The translations under genes and the position numbers were made by a program. The notes below the pieces were generated by a model that saw only the letters and a list, made by a program, of their open reading frames with translations, did not search any database and had not been told where the DNA came from. A DNA stretch of 63,849 nucleotides, counting the filler, from Craspedostauros australis (taxonomy: Eukaryota): NCBI GenBank assembly GCA_030167865.1. It is 8 parts of 8 records of this genome, joined end to end, with 100 filler letters (N's around TTAATTAATTAA, not from the genome) between each part and the next. Parts side by side here need not be neighbours in the genome. Positions count along the whole stretch, not along the records: positions 25,474 to 53,394 come from JALAGF010002545.1; positions 53,495 to 55,879 come from JALAGF010002546.1; 6 more parts are not named here. The stretch is one strand, 5' to 3'. Positions 44,884-55,979 of the stretch are shown here, in pieces. Numbering within the stretch: position 1 is the stretch's first letter; each line of letters begins with the position of its first letter.

Positions 44884-47800
44884 ATGAGTGCAGCCAGCGC
44901 CAAGGGGGCATCACTGGAATCGGTTCCGTCGCGTTCTCCGAACCTGTCCGGCGGTCTGCAAGCGCTCCCTGTCGTCTCGCCTTGCTCGGTGGGAGTTGGA
45001 CAAGTGATGATGAGGGCGAGACCGACATCGGTCATAATGATGAAGTCTACCACATCGCAACATCACAACATCATCGTTATCAGCAGCAGCAAGAACACTC
45101 TCGAGAGAATAACAATGAACAGAACCAATAGCACAATGAGACAAGAAATGGAAACGGCAACATCGCAATCCCAGGTCTCATCAACACTTGCTCGATCCGC
45201 ATCATCCAATCCGAAGTTCGCCACTCGTTGTACCAATTGTTGTACCACTCGTAGGATGAATCCCCGTGTTGCCACAAACACAAACACAAACACAAGCAAT
45301 AGACGCACGATGTCATCAGTGCGCGATGCCGGATGGTGGCAGATCTTCCTTCTCCAAACCTGGATCTTCATTATTACATCGTCGACAATCTTTGCGCCAT
45401 ACGCCGGCGTGCAGGCAGAGACCCAACTCCCGCTGCCACGGACACAGAAACGGACGCTGGCAGAGACAGAGGCAGGGTCATGTGCGCAACAGTGTGAAAT
45501 CCTGATCCCATTCAACTCGAGCAAGCACAAGGCGACGTACACCGTCGGCGTTCTGTCACCCAATGGTCTCGATGTGAGCTACGCAAGGCACAACACCACG
45601 TTCTCCGACTTTCTCACGGCCACTGCCGGTCAACGCTTCGATCCACCCATCTCCTTCCGCATGGTGGGGATGGACTTCCGCTCTGTCTTTAGCGCCGTGG
45701 TAGACGGCACTGCCGACTTCTTCTACGTCAACCCGAGCATCTTCACTTGCATTGAGGTGGAACATGGAGTCAAACCCATCGTATCCCACATCTCCAAGCG
45801 GGTCGTCGACGGCAACGAGTACGAGCTGTCCAAATTCGGCGGCGTCATCATCGCACGGTCTGACGACGGCACGATCAACACTATCACGGACCTCAAGGAT
45901 AAGGTGGTCGCCGCCGCCTCCATCTCGGCCTTCGGTGCTGGGCAGATGCAATTCCGGGAGATGATCAACGCCGGCTTGTCCCACATCAACGATCCAAGCC
46001 AGCTGGTGTTCACGGGCACTCAGTCGGACATCGTGAATGGTGTGCTGAGCGGCGACTTCGACGTCGGCTTCGTCCGGACGGATCAGGCAGAGAGAACCAG
46101 GGATGCGCAAGGCAATCGCATCGACACGTCCCTGCTCAAGACCATCCATCCTGTCGACAACATGTTGGACGGCAAGCCGTTCCCCTTCGAGGCATCCACA
46201 CAGCTGTATCCCGAATGGAGTCTCTCTGCCATGGGCGACATGCCAGCTGACATCGCCCAGGAAGTTCAATCGGCCATGTTCGCCATGGCCGATCACAGCC
46301 GCATGGCGCATGCCATTGAGGACTGTCTCGCGGCTGCAGAAGCAGACGCCTCCAGCTCACCGCTGGCCGAAGCTGCATGCAAGGACCTCAGCGCACTTCC
46401 AGCATCCGCACGGTCCAGATGCGATACGACGTACGATATTGCAATGGCGGCCAAGCGTGCCATGGACGATGGTGGATACGCTGGCTTTCAGACGCCGCTC
46501 TCCTACTCCGAGGTGCGCGACATGCTGCATGCCACGCGGTTCATGACGCAGGAGTCTATCGCAGGACTGTGGACCTGCGACAAGCCATCCGGGCTGTACG
46601 ACGCCATCCGATGCCCCAAAGGCTTCTTCGTCAAATCCAGGGAAAGGGTGGATCGTGGATGTCTCGACGCCGAGTTGACGTGCAAGGCAGGATATGAGTG
46701 TCTGTGCAAGCCATGCTTGAAAGCGTTCGATGTGGATGTGTCCGCTCTGCTTCCAGCGACGTCGCAATCAGAATCGGGCTTGGGGTTGGAGTCGAAGGAA
46801 CCATCTCTGTCAACCACATCGGACGGTTGCCCCAAGATGTCCGTCTGCGGCGAATCACAGCAAACCATACCACTCACATTGCAAGCCGTCGACAACAAGA
46901 ATCGAACCGACGCCGTCGTCACGGTGACTGTCCATGAAGGTGAAAAGTCGACGCAGGCGATCGTCACCAAGATCTCCATCCCGTCCCATTCAAAACAAGC
47001 CAGAGGCCAGGCAGTTACTGACATGCCCAACGCACTTGCCATTGTGGACGGCAGCAGTGGCAGTAGCAGTAGCAACAACGACATCAGCAGCAACATCCAT
47101 CACTTCAGCGTCGTATCACGACACGTGGGAAGTCTCATCCTTGAGATATTCCTCGACGGGGAGCAGATCTCAGAGAGCCCACTGCGCATCCAAATTATCG
47201 AGCGAGATTGCTCAGTCGATCACAGCGACAAACGGCACGCCGATACGGATGGCGCATGCGTCTGCGACGATGACACAATCGAGCTCTTCGGAACGTGTGT
47301 GCTGTTCGCCATCCTCATCCCGTCCATCATTGGTCCCATCTGTATTTTGCTTCTCGCCATCATGGCATGGTACGTGGACAAGAAACGCAAGGAAGGCGAT
47401 TCTGTCTGGGCCGTCAAGCCGGAAGAGCTGCTGTTCGCGGACCCACCGCAGGTGATTGGTCAGGGTACATTCGGATTCGTGCTTCTGGCGGAGTATCGTG
47501 GCACGCAGGTGGCCGTCAAGAGAGTTCTAACACCGCGCAAAGAGGATATGATTCGCTCATCCTTATCAGGGCCGGATCATAGCGATGGTGGCGCATCCGA
47601 AAGGGACGCCAATGGCACGGATTCATCCGACGAAGTCGAAACGGTCGTTGCGTCCAAACAAGAACACTCACAAAGATGCAGTGTCGCAACCAATAGAATG
47701 GCGTCAGTACCGTCAAACATGAAGCGAAAGACTTTGAAGGCAGGCATGTTCAACACGACATCTGGTATGTCGAGCAATGTAATGGTCGCCAACACAGCCA

Positions 47801-49980
47801 CAAGCAGAATTCGCACAAGTACTCACATCAACAGTGCAGGTGAGATCCGCAGCCATTCCAACTATGCGACAAAATCAGGTGGGAAATTTCAGCATTCGAT
47901 CAGAGCGGCACCCGCGGCGACAATGCCATCCACGATCAATGAAAAGGACGTAGAAACGGAAGACAGTGAGGGCGAGCTATCACCAGATCTGCCAATTGAA
48001 GAGGATCTGGAAGCGAATCGCATCAACACCACGCGTTCTAAGACCACACGTGCAACGTCCACAACGATATCAGCAACTGCTGACGGGTTGAGCAGAACAT
48101 CGCGGACGGTTGGGAGGTCGTCAGCCTCCACAGCATCAATGGTAGTCAAGCCAGGCAAGCGGTCTGAGAAGCGAACGTTTGAGAAACACAGTCAACCCAT
48201 CTATTCGGGTCTCACGTCAGGCCTGGACTCGCAGCTCGTCGTTCTTCCACAAGGATCCAACAGTGGCAGTGCTGGTAATGCTTCCAAGAGGCGCAGCAAC
48301 AGCAAGGCCAGCGAGAATGGCAGCTGCAGAAAGCTAAGGTCCAGGTACAGCATGAACAAGAGCAACAGCAACAGCTTCTTCTCTCTATCCAACGGATTCC
48401 TGAACATGTTCCGTCGCGACAAGCGCAATGGGTACTCCAGCTCTCACAGCCGGCAGAAGGACGAGTTCATCGAGGAGATGAGGTTGCTGTCGAAGCTCCG
48501 ACATCCGTGCATCACAACTGTCATGGGTGCGGTGATAGCCAAGGGACAAGATCCAGCTCTCGTGATGGAATACATGAGCCACGGGTCACTGTACGATCTT
48601 CTCCACAACGGGACGATGGTGATGGACGGTGAGATGATCCTCAACTTCCTACGTGACATCGCATCCGGTGTGCGGTTCTTGCACTCGGCCGATCCGCTCG
48701 TAATCCACGGCGATCTCAAGTCCGCCAACGTTCTCGTCGACAGCAAATTCCGAGCCAAGGTCGCAGATTTTGGTTTCTCCCATCGCAAGAAGAAGGGCGC
48801 GATGGGAACACCATTCTTCATGGCGCCAGAGCTCTTGAGGGGGGAGAGTTCGAACACCGCGGCATCGGACATGTATTCGCTGGGCATCATCCTGTACGAG
48901 CTATACAGCCGACGCGAACCGTACGAAGGAGAGGATGCACTGGAGGTGCTGCAGCAGGTAGGCGACACCAAGATCAATCGCCGACCCCTGATGCCTCCGG
49001 CATGCCCGTTCAAGGTATCGAAGCTGATGAAGTCCCTGCTGGCGGCTGATCCATTATTGCGTCCCACCGCAGGCGAGTTCGACAACCGTCTGAAGGAGCT
49101 GACGGCCGGCGAAGTGGAACCGATGCTAGCAGGAGGTGTCATAATGAAAAGAACCGGGGCCGGTGCATCGGCGGGCATGATGAGCGGGGGGCACGTGATG
49201 GACGGTGCTGGCACATTTCCATCCAATGGAATGAAATCTGCGCCGATATCCATGTCATCCTTGGCAACAGGCGCCGCGACCGCTGTATCCAACGACAGAG
49301 CCGCCACCGCGTACCACCAGCAGCAACAGCGGCAGCAACAGCACGGCATCAAGCTGCTCTCGCAGATGTTCCCGTTGCACATTGCTCGCATCATCGAGCG
49401 GGGCGGGAATCCAGAACCGGAATCGCACGAACTCGTCACGATCTACTTTTCCGACATCGTGGGATTCACCAGCCTCGCTGCCGCGCTTTCCGACCTGAAG
49501 GTGTCCAGCATGCTGAACCGTCTCTACCATGCATTCGATGATCTCGCGCAGAAGCACGACCTCTTCAAGATCGAAACGATCGGCGACGCCTACATGTGCG
49601 CTTCCAATTTGGCCAAGAAGCAACCGGAGGATCACGTCAGGCGCATCGCCAAGTTCGCCGCTGACGCTGCGAAGGCGGCAGGCCGCATCCCCGTGGATGA
49701 AGACGATCTGAGCAAGGGGTACATCCGAATCCGGGGTGGATTCCACACAGGGCCTGTGGTGAGCAACGTCGTTGGGACCTTGAACCCACGGTACGGCGTT
49801 TTCGGCGACACGGTGAATGTGGCAGCTCGCATGGAAAGTACGTCCGCGGCTGGCAGGATCCAGTGCTCGGAACGTAGCGCGTTGCTGCTGATGACACAAG
49901 ATCCTCGCATCCAGGTGCGGCTTCGTGGGGAGGTACAGATCAAGGGGAAAGGATCGATGGTGACCTACTGGACGAATTAG
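44884..49980 (+). CDS. Receptor-type guanylyl cyclase: PBP (phosphonate-binding-like) ectodomain, Cys-rich/filamin-like region, TM, split TKL kinase, class III cyclase
   Basis: Kinase GQGTFG..VAVK, FIEEMRLLSKLRHP, HGDLKSAN, DFG and APE. Cyclase TIYFSDIVGFT, KIETIGDAYM and FGDTVNVAARMES. True start probably 45115 or 45310, before the signal-like hydrophobic segment. Confidence 0.92.
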   Translation: MSAASAKGASLESVPSRSPNLSGGLQALPVVSPCSVGVGQVMMRARPTSVIMMKSTTSQHHNIIVISSSKNTLERITMNRTNSTMRQEMETATSQSQVSSTLARSASSNPKFATRCTNCCTTRRMNPRVATNTNTNTSNRRTMSSVRDAGWWQIFLLQTWIFIITSSTIFAPYAGVQAETQLPLPRTQKRTLAETEAGSCAQQCEILIPFNSSKHKATYTVGVLSPNGLDVSYARHNTTFSDFLTATAGQRFDPPISFRMVGMDFRSVFSAVVDGTADFFYVNPSIFTCIEVEHGVKPIVSHISKRVVDGNEYELSKFGGVIIARSDDGTINTITDLKDKVVAAASISAFGAGQMQFREMINAGLSHINDPSQLVFTGTQSDIVNGVLSGDFDVGFVRTDQAERTRDAQGNRIDTSLLKTIHPVDNMLDGKPFPFEASTQLYPEWSLSAMGDMPADIAQEVQSAMFAMADHSRMAHAIEDCLAAAEADASSSPLAEAACKDLSALPASARSRCDTTYDIAMAAKRAMDDGGYAGFQTPLSYSEVRDMLHATRFMTQESIAGLWTCDKPSGLYDAIRCPKGFFVKSRERVDRGCLDAELTCKAGYECLCKPCLKAFDVDVSALLPATSQSESGLGLESKEPSLSTTSDGCPKMSVCGESQQTIPLTLQAVDNKNRTDAVVTVTVHEGEKSTQAIVTKISIPSHSKQARGQAVTDMPNALAIVDGSSGSSSSNNDISSNIHHFSVVSRHVGSLILEIFLDGEQISESPLRIQIIERDCSVDHSDKRHADTDGACVCDDDTIELFGTCVLFAILIPSIIGPICILLLAIMAWYVDKKRKEGDSVWAVKPEELLFADPPQVIGQGTFGFVLLAEYRGTQVAVKRVLTPRKEDMIRSSLSGPDHSDGGASERDANGTDSSDEVETVVASKQEHSQRCSVATNRMASVPSNMKRKTLKAGMFNTTSGMSSNVMVANTATSRIRTSTHINSAGEIRSHSNYATKSGGKFQHSIRAAPAATMPSTINEKDVETEDSEGELSPDLPIEEDLEANRINTTRSKTTRATSTTISATADGLSRTSRTVGRSSASTASMVVKPGKRSEKRTFEKHSQPIYSGLTSGLDSQLVVLPQGSNSGSAGNASKRRSNSKASENGSCRKLRSRYSMNKSNSNSFFSLSNGFLNMFRRDKRNGYSSSHSRQKDEFIEEMRLLSKLRHPCITTVMGAVIAKGQDPALVMEYMSHGSLYDLLHNGTMVMDGEMILNFLRDIASGVRFLHSADPLVIHGDLKSANVLVDSKFRAKVADFGFSHRKKKGAMGTPFFMAPELLRGESSNTAASDMYSLGIILYELYSRREPYEGEDALEVLQQVGDTKINRRPLMPPACPFKVSKLMKSLLAADPLLRPTAGEFDNRLKELTAGEVEPMLAGGVIMKRTGAGASAGMMSGGHVMDGAGTFPSNGMKSAPISMSSLATGAATAVSNDRAATAYHQQQQRQQQHGIKLLSQMFPLHIARIIERGGNPEPESHELVTIYFSDIVGFTSLAAALSDLKVSSMLNRLYHAFDDLAQKHDLFKIETIGDAYMCASNLAKKQPEDHVRRIAKFAADAAKAAGRIPVDEDDLSKGYIRIRGGFHTGPVVSNVVGTLNPRYGVFGDTVNVAARMESTSAAGRIQCSERSALLLMTQDPRIQVRLRGEVQIKGKGSMVTYWTN

Positions 49981-50604
49981 TACCCGACTTGGATGTGTCC
50001 ATAACCTACTACGAGTACTACTAGTCCTCGTATTTGTGGAGAGCGGTTCAAGGGTGTGCGTAGGTACAAACACTTGTGGCATCGGCTGCGTCTCGTCGTT
50101 GCCGTTGCGCTCTCTAGACTCGTTGCCCGTAGACGGAGTGTATCTCACCCTGTGCAGTTTTTTGTCGTTTCGTTGGCGACTCGAGCAAACTGAACGGGGA
50201 AGGTCACACAATGTGGTGATCTGCTCTTGGACAACAAGTGAACAGCCATACTTGAAGAACCACCCAATCATTGTACTCCCTCCATTTCGAAACCGAGAGA
50301 CCCAGCATCCTCCCTGGAACATTGGTTGGTTCGCTGACTGATAGAAGTCATTGATTGATTGGGTTCGTTCGTTCGTTCGAGAGAGAGAGAGTGACAGCGC
50401 ATGGCCCAAAGGGCCCGTTTGTTCAAGGCAACGATCGCTCCGTCCGAAGGATCCGTGGCCATCCATTTCCGCAATTTTCCCGCACCGCGGCGCCACCGAC
50501 ACGAGTACACATAACAGAACGCACACGGACGACCTTTTCATGCTAATACTGTGGAGTACGACAACTATACTCGCACAACAACAAACAAGAAGAAGATATC
50601 GTTG

Positions 50605-52524
50605 ATGTCCACGCCGATCGTGGTGAGATCGTCCACCGCTGTACGTACGAGCAGGCCCAAGGAGGTGAAGCATCACGAATGGCAGCCGAGAGCACTCGTG
50701 CGGCAATCACGGGAGCATCTGCCGTGCCAAAACCACGACGACGAAAAAAGCCAAGAGCCAGGATCATCGAAATCTGCCATGGCATCCATCTGGCCTTGCA
50801 CAAGACGGATGAAATCGATGGTGCGCAGATCCACGAATTTTGTGCTGACGATGTTGGCTGCCATTTTCATCGTCAAGAACATCCGAATGGTGGACCAATC
50901 GCAGTACACAATCAGTGACACGACGCTTGATCTCGCATCCATGCCCATGAATAGCTCCAGCGCTACCCCGAATTCCGTCGCGTCCTTCACAACATCTCAA
51001 GCAGAATCTACGTCTGCCTCTGTCTCTGTCTTTGAAGAGTTTCTTGCTCATGCACAACAGGAGCAACAACGGCAGCAGCAGCACCAGGGGGTGGAGGACC
51101 AAGACACATCGAGGAGTGCACCAAAGGTACCAACAATATCTGAAAAGATGGCAAATAACGATGGATTTGTACCACCCAAATCACGCTCGGAATACGAGGA
51201 GATGGTGCAGAAGGCCATCGCGTTGCCATCGCAACTGGATAGTCAATGCACCGCAGACCCCAAGACGAGATCAACCCTATCCACGCTGATTGAACCCGCA
51301 ATGGAATGCCTCAACAAGTCCTCAGCCAAAATATCGCACGAAACCATGGTGTATCCCATCGCGGGTGCCCATGCGCATTTCAACGACATCCGAAGGCGAT
51401 TGTCCCAGTGGGCACAGCACGGCGCGCACGAGCCTCATGAGACATCAGGCTACGCGGGGCCATGGCTCGAGAATCGATTCATCTCGCACTTCGAGTCGAT
51501 GTACGACAAGCGGATTCATGAGATATTGCTTTCATCTGCAACGTCGGGAGCTGGAGAATCCGGATTGCAACCATTTTGCCTTTCCGAGCTCTTCGGGCCT
51601 TACATTCCAATCTTCTTGCCATGGACCGACCATTCGGTACTCGGCAAATTTGGGTCACCACCAAAGCTGAGTAGGACAGTCCTCTCTTTGCTGCGACAGG
51701 ACGTACCATACATCGTGCTCACCCAGCATGACGGAGGTATGTTGGCACACATCCGTGGCCTTCAGCAAAGCCAATTTCCCAATATGCTGGTCATATCAGC
51801 GGGTGGGAATGGGCATGTGCCGATACCGTTGCTGAAGCAATCCGAAGACGCGTTGCTGGATGCTCCTTTGCCAGGGCAAGGCACTGTCATCACGACTGGT
51901 GAGCTAACCGATGAGCGACGGCCATTGCGCAAGGATCCAAAAGATCGACAGTATGTCACGTCCTACGTTGGGAGCCGAATCAGCGCGCCGGATGATATGA
52001 GAGAGGCTCTGGTTAGCAGAATGGAGAAGCTCGATCCCGATCCCAAGGCCCGAGCTGTCAACAACAGCACACTCCAGATGTTCAAATATCACTACGGGCC
52101 GGGATGGTGGCACATCATGGCCGACTCGTGCTTCTCCTTCTGCCCACGTGGCTGGGGTCGCACAGCCTATCATGTGATGGAAACCATACAGATGGGATTG
52201 ATCCCGATCTATGTCCACATGAAGATTCCGTGGATCCCGTACATCGATTTGATGCAGCGCGAGGAGATGGTCATCGTCCTTCGCCATGACGCGGTGAATA
52301 AATTCATGCGCGAAGAGCTCCTGCCGTCGCTGTCGCTGTCGTCGTCACGCAGCACAAACTGGACGTTTGACAAGATCCGCAAGACGGAGGAGCGCATTCT
52401 GTCGTATCGCGACAGCCATTTTTCATTTGACGGCGTGCTGAATCAAATTGAAGCGTTCATGCTGAACCCAACGCAATCGGACCTGCGTTGTCAACAGTTG
52501 CCGGATACAGCGCGAGGCCCTTGA
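50605..52524 (+). CDS. Exostosin-like (GT47) glycosyltransferase, type II membrane protein
   Basis: N-terminal TM FVLTMLAAIFIV; SYVGS; SCFSFCPRGWGRTAYHVMETIQMGLIPIYV. Start uncertain. Confidence 0.78.
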   Translation: MSTPIVVRSSTAVRTSRPKEVKHHEWQPRALVRQSREHLPCQNHDDEKSQEPGSSKSAMASIWPCTRRMKSMVRRSTNFVLTMLAAIFIVKNIRMVDQSQYTISDTTLDLASMPMNSSSATPNSVASFTTSQAESTSASVSVFEEFLAHAQQEQQRQQQHQGVEDQDTSRSAPKVPTISEKMANNDGFVPPKSRSEYEEMVQKAIALPSQLDSQCTADPKTRSTLSTLIEPAMECLNKSSAKISHETMVYPIAGAHAHFNDIRRRLSQWAQHGAHEPHETSGYAGPWLENRFISHFESMYDKRIHEILLSSATSGAGESGLQPFCLSELFGPYIPIFLPWTDHSVLGKFGSPPKLSRTVLSLLRQDVPYIVLTQHDGGMLAHIRGLQQSQFPNMLVISAGGNGHVPIPLLKQSEDALLDAPLPGQGTVITTGELTDERRPLRKDPKDRQYVTSYVGSRISAPDDMREALVSRMEKLDPDPKARAVNNSTLQMFKYHYGPGWWHIMADSCFSFCPRGWGRTAYHVMETIQMGLIPIYVHMKIPWIPYIDLMQREEMVIVLRHDAVNKFMREELLPSLSLSSSRSTNWTFDKIRKTEERILSYRDSHFSFDGVLNQIEAFMLNPTQSDLRCQQLPDTARGP

Positions 52525-53394
52525 GCGCATTGGGTTTACTCTGGAGTAATCTCTCCAGAGAGTCGGCATTGTCATTGGGACCGGCTTCATTCGTACCTGC
52601 AGCACCAACACTAGATCGTAAGCAGAGCAAAATAGTAAAATAGTATTGAAAAAAAAGAACGAGCGGCAGAGGAACCGTGTATCGGTGCTCCGATTTCTGT
52701 TTCAAGAACTAATTCTCTCCCTCTCTCACTATGCCTACTATTGTAAAATAGTAGGGAGAGCCTCAGTTTGCACTGCTCCTCTGCAGTAGTGCGCCACTCA
52801 GATTGCGGAGAAGTCTTGTGCGATGCAGATGTACGCACAAGCGTGCGTGTGCTCTGCCACCGATGTTTGCCGGTTGTGTCGAGGGGACTGCTTGGTTCCG
52901 TCGAGGCGATCGCTCTGTGGACATGATGGTACATACTCATAATATATTACGACTCTGGAGAGAGTAGAGTACTCGCATTCGGTTGGGTCTCAGAACGGAC
53001 GTTTGCACGAAGAGGGTACCTGGAGATGCGGGCCGGAGAATGTACCTATGCATGGCACGAGTTACGCAACATAACGGCCAACCAGAGCAATGGAATGGAG
53101 GAGAGGAAAGCACTCCGGAGATAGAGTGCGCTCTGCGCAAACATTTTCATGTTTGCATCCACCCCTGTCACTGCGACTATTGCTGTTATGAGCATTACTG
53201 TTACGTTGTGATTGAGAACTGAATGAAGAGGGCGCGGCGAAAAGAGTATCGACGGAGAAGAAGAGATTCGATGATGCGGAGAGAGACGACAACGACCGCA
53301 GAGATCTCGTCGTGCATATGATGCTGTCTGGAATATGAGCCGCGCATGTCGCATGCCTCGTCCCCATCTGTCCTACTCCTACAAGTAGGCGTTA

Positions 53395-53494
53395 NNNNNN
53401 NNNNNNNNNNNNNNNNNNNNNNNNNNNNNNNNNNNNNNTTAATTAATTAANNNNNNNNNNNNNNNNNNNNNNNNNNNNNNNNNNNNNNNNNNNN
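53395..53494. other. Artificial spacer
   Basis: N44-TTAATTAATTAA-N44. Confidence 0.98.
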
Positions 53495-55879
53495 GCTCTC
53501 GACTGGATGCGCAACAAGGGGCTGAAGCCCGACGACAGCGACGATTCTGTTGCCCCATTCGACAAGCTTGGATCCATTCCAGTGTCTCGTCGCTCCCCAG
53601 AAGACAGAGAGCAGGACATCGACGACGTGCTCAACTGGATGCGCAGCGGGAAGGATGCAGAAGACGACCCAACTGGTGAGTTCAAGAAGATCGACCAGAT
53701 GATGCCTCAGCGAAAGAGCCAGACTCCAGAAGAGCGTGCTCGCGACATCGAGAGCGCCCTTGACTGGATGCGCAACAAGGGATTGAAGCCTGATGAGGAT
53801 TCGATCCCGTCCTTCGACAAGCTGGCATCGATTCCAGTGTCGAAGCGCTCACCAGAGGGCCGCTCCAAGGACATCGACAACGTCCTGAACTGGGCTCGCA
53901 ATGGCAAGCCTGATTCGTTGGACCCAACCGGCGAATTCAAGAAGATCGATCAGATGCTTCCACAGAAGAAGAGCCAGACTCCAGAGGATCGTGCTCGTGA
54001 CATCGAAAGCGCCCTTGACTGGATGCGCAACACGAAGCCAACCGATGACGATGACGGCGATGTCGACGTTCCATTCAGCAAGATTGGATCCATTCCAGTG
54101 TCTCGTCGCTCCCCAGAGGAACGCTCTGAGGATGTGAACAACGTGTTGAACTGGATGCGCAATGGCAAGCCTGATTCGTTGGATCCAACTGGAGAGTTCA
54201 AGAAGATCGACCAGCTGATGCCAACCCGTCCAGGTCAGACCCCAGAGGACCGTGCTCGAGACATCGAGAGTGCCCTTGACTGGTCTCGCAACCGACGTCC
54301 TGAGGATGTGGATGAGAGTGATGTTCCATTCGACAAGCTCGGATCCATCCCAGTGTCTCGCCGCTCTCCGGAAGAGCGTGCAACCGATGCAGAAAAAGCA
54401 TTTAACTGGGCTCGCAACGGCAAGCCTGATTCGTTGGACCCCACTGGCGAGTTCAAGAAGATCGACCAGATGTTGCCTTCGCGCAGCAAGGAGAACCCCG
54501 TCGAACGCGCAAGACAGATCGAGGGGTCGCTTGATTGGATGAGGAACAACCGTGTGGAAGTTGACGAGGACCCTGATAACACTGACTTCAAGCGCCAACC
54601 ACAGTTGCCGTTGTCGACACGCGCTGAGCCACCGTCGAAGGCACAAGAACACGAAGACATCGTGAACTGGGTTCGTAATCCAGACAGTGTTGATGACGAC
54701 ACCAATCACCTCCTTGAGAAGATCGACAGCCTTTTGCCGAAGCGCCTGCCACAATCACCAACGCAGCGAGCTGATGACATCCAGGATGGTTTGGACTGGA
54801 TGCGAAACAACAACATTGACTTGGAGGACATGGATGAAGACAGTGTCCCATTCGACAAGGCAAAACTTCTTGACTCACCAGCTGACAGGAAGACTCCCGA
54901 TGAAAGAAAATCAGACGTGGACACCATTCTCGGTTGGATGCGAAATCCTAAGGACGCGTCTCCCGAAGAAGCTGAGCCCTTCGCAAAGGTTGACCAGCTC
55001 CTACCGAATGTGCCAGGGCAACAACCAGAGGAAAGGGCCAAAGATATTGAGAACGTTCTCAACTGGTTGAGAAACAACGATGTTCCAGTGGACGACACGA
55101 GCGATTTCCTTCCTCTTCCAATCGAGACGACCGCAACGATGCCAAAGAAGACACCGGAGCAGAGAGAAAAAGAGACTGAAAAGATCTTGGACTGGCTGCG
55201 CAATGGCAAACCAAGCACTGTCAAGGACATCGACGACGACACCCCCGTGGATCAGTTCGAAAAGCTTGACAATCTTCTTCCCAAGGTTCCAGGGCAATCT
55301 CCAAAGGGCAGAGCCGAAGATATCGAGAATGCTCTGAACTGGATGAGGAATACAGGCAATAAGCTCACCCCAAGAGACGACGATGCACCCGAAGCCGAGC
55401 ACTTCCGCAAGAACGAAGGGTTCAATTCTATTCCAAAACCGAAAGCTCCACAAGATAAGAAACCGAACCTGGACAGTTTGGATTGGTCGAGATACCCACG
55501 CGGACTGCAAACGGAAGAAGTTCCCGACGAGCCCGAACATCCATTCAACAGACGTGGTGATGTCTCCATCATCCCACAGGACAAAAGTCCAACAACTGAG
55601 AGTGACACACCTGAAATGGAGTGGAAGCGACACGTCCCGCAAGCACCAATTCCAGGTGTTGACAACCTTGACAGCCAAGACGACTTGCCAGTGATGCACA
55701 CCGATATGGTCGACGTCAACAGAAAACCAAAGAAATCAAATCTGGTACGCGACAACGAAAACGTGTGGACCCGAAACAGTGCAGGAAAACCAATCCCAGG
55801 CGTGCCAGAAGAGGAGGTTCCATTCGACAAGCCAGACGAGCTCAACTCCATCCCACGCAACCGCCAACCAGGCCAGGAT
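53495..55879 (+). CDS. Internal fragment of a large tandem-repeat protein (~86-aa units, each with two [DN]WxR motifs); open at both contig ends
   Basis: Stop-free frame across the whole contig. Units such as ALDWMRN...SIPVSRRSPEER..D...VLNWxRNGKPDSLDPTGEFKKIDQMLP...QTPEERARDIES. Synonymous-type differences between units indicate coding. Confidence 0.85.
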
Positions 55880-55979
55880 NNNNNNNNNNNNNNNNNNNNN
55901 NNNNNNNNNNNNNNNNNNNNNNNTTAATTAATTAANNNNNNNNNNNNNNNNNNNNNNNNNNNNNNNNNNNNNNNNNNNN
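55880..55979. other. Artificial spacer
   Basis: N44-TTAATTAATTAA-N44. Confidence 0.98.

Noticed and set aside
25474..49980. Two nucleotide cyclases and a sirtuin in one contig, as a CBASS/Thoeris-like signalling or defence cluster
   Set aside because: They are class III cyclases from large diatom families and an ordinary class I sirtuin, interspersed with housekeeping genes (PNO1, ATCase, Yip1). Nothing indicates functional linkage.
53495..54560. ~255-bp nucleotide repeats resembling a CRISPR or satellite array
   Set aside because: The repeats are in frame, differ largely at synonymous positions and have no repeat-spacer structure, so they are protein-coding repeats.
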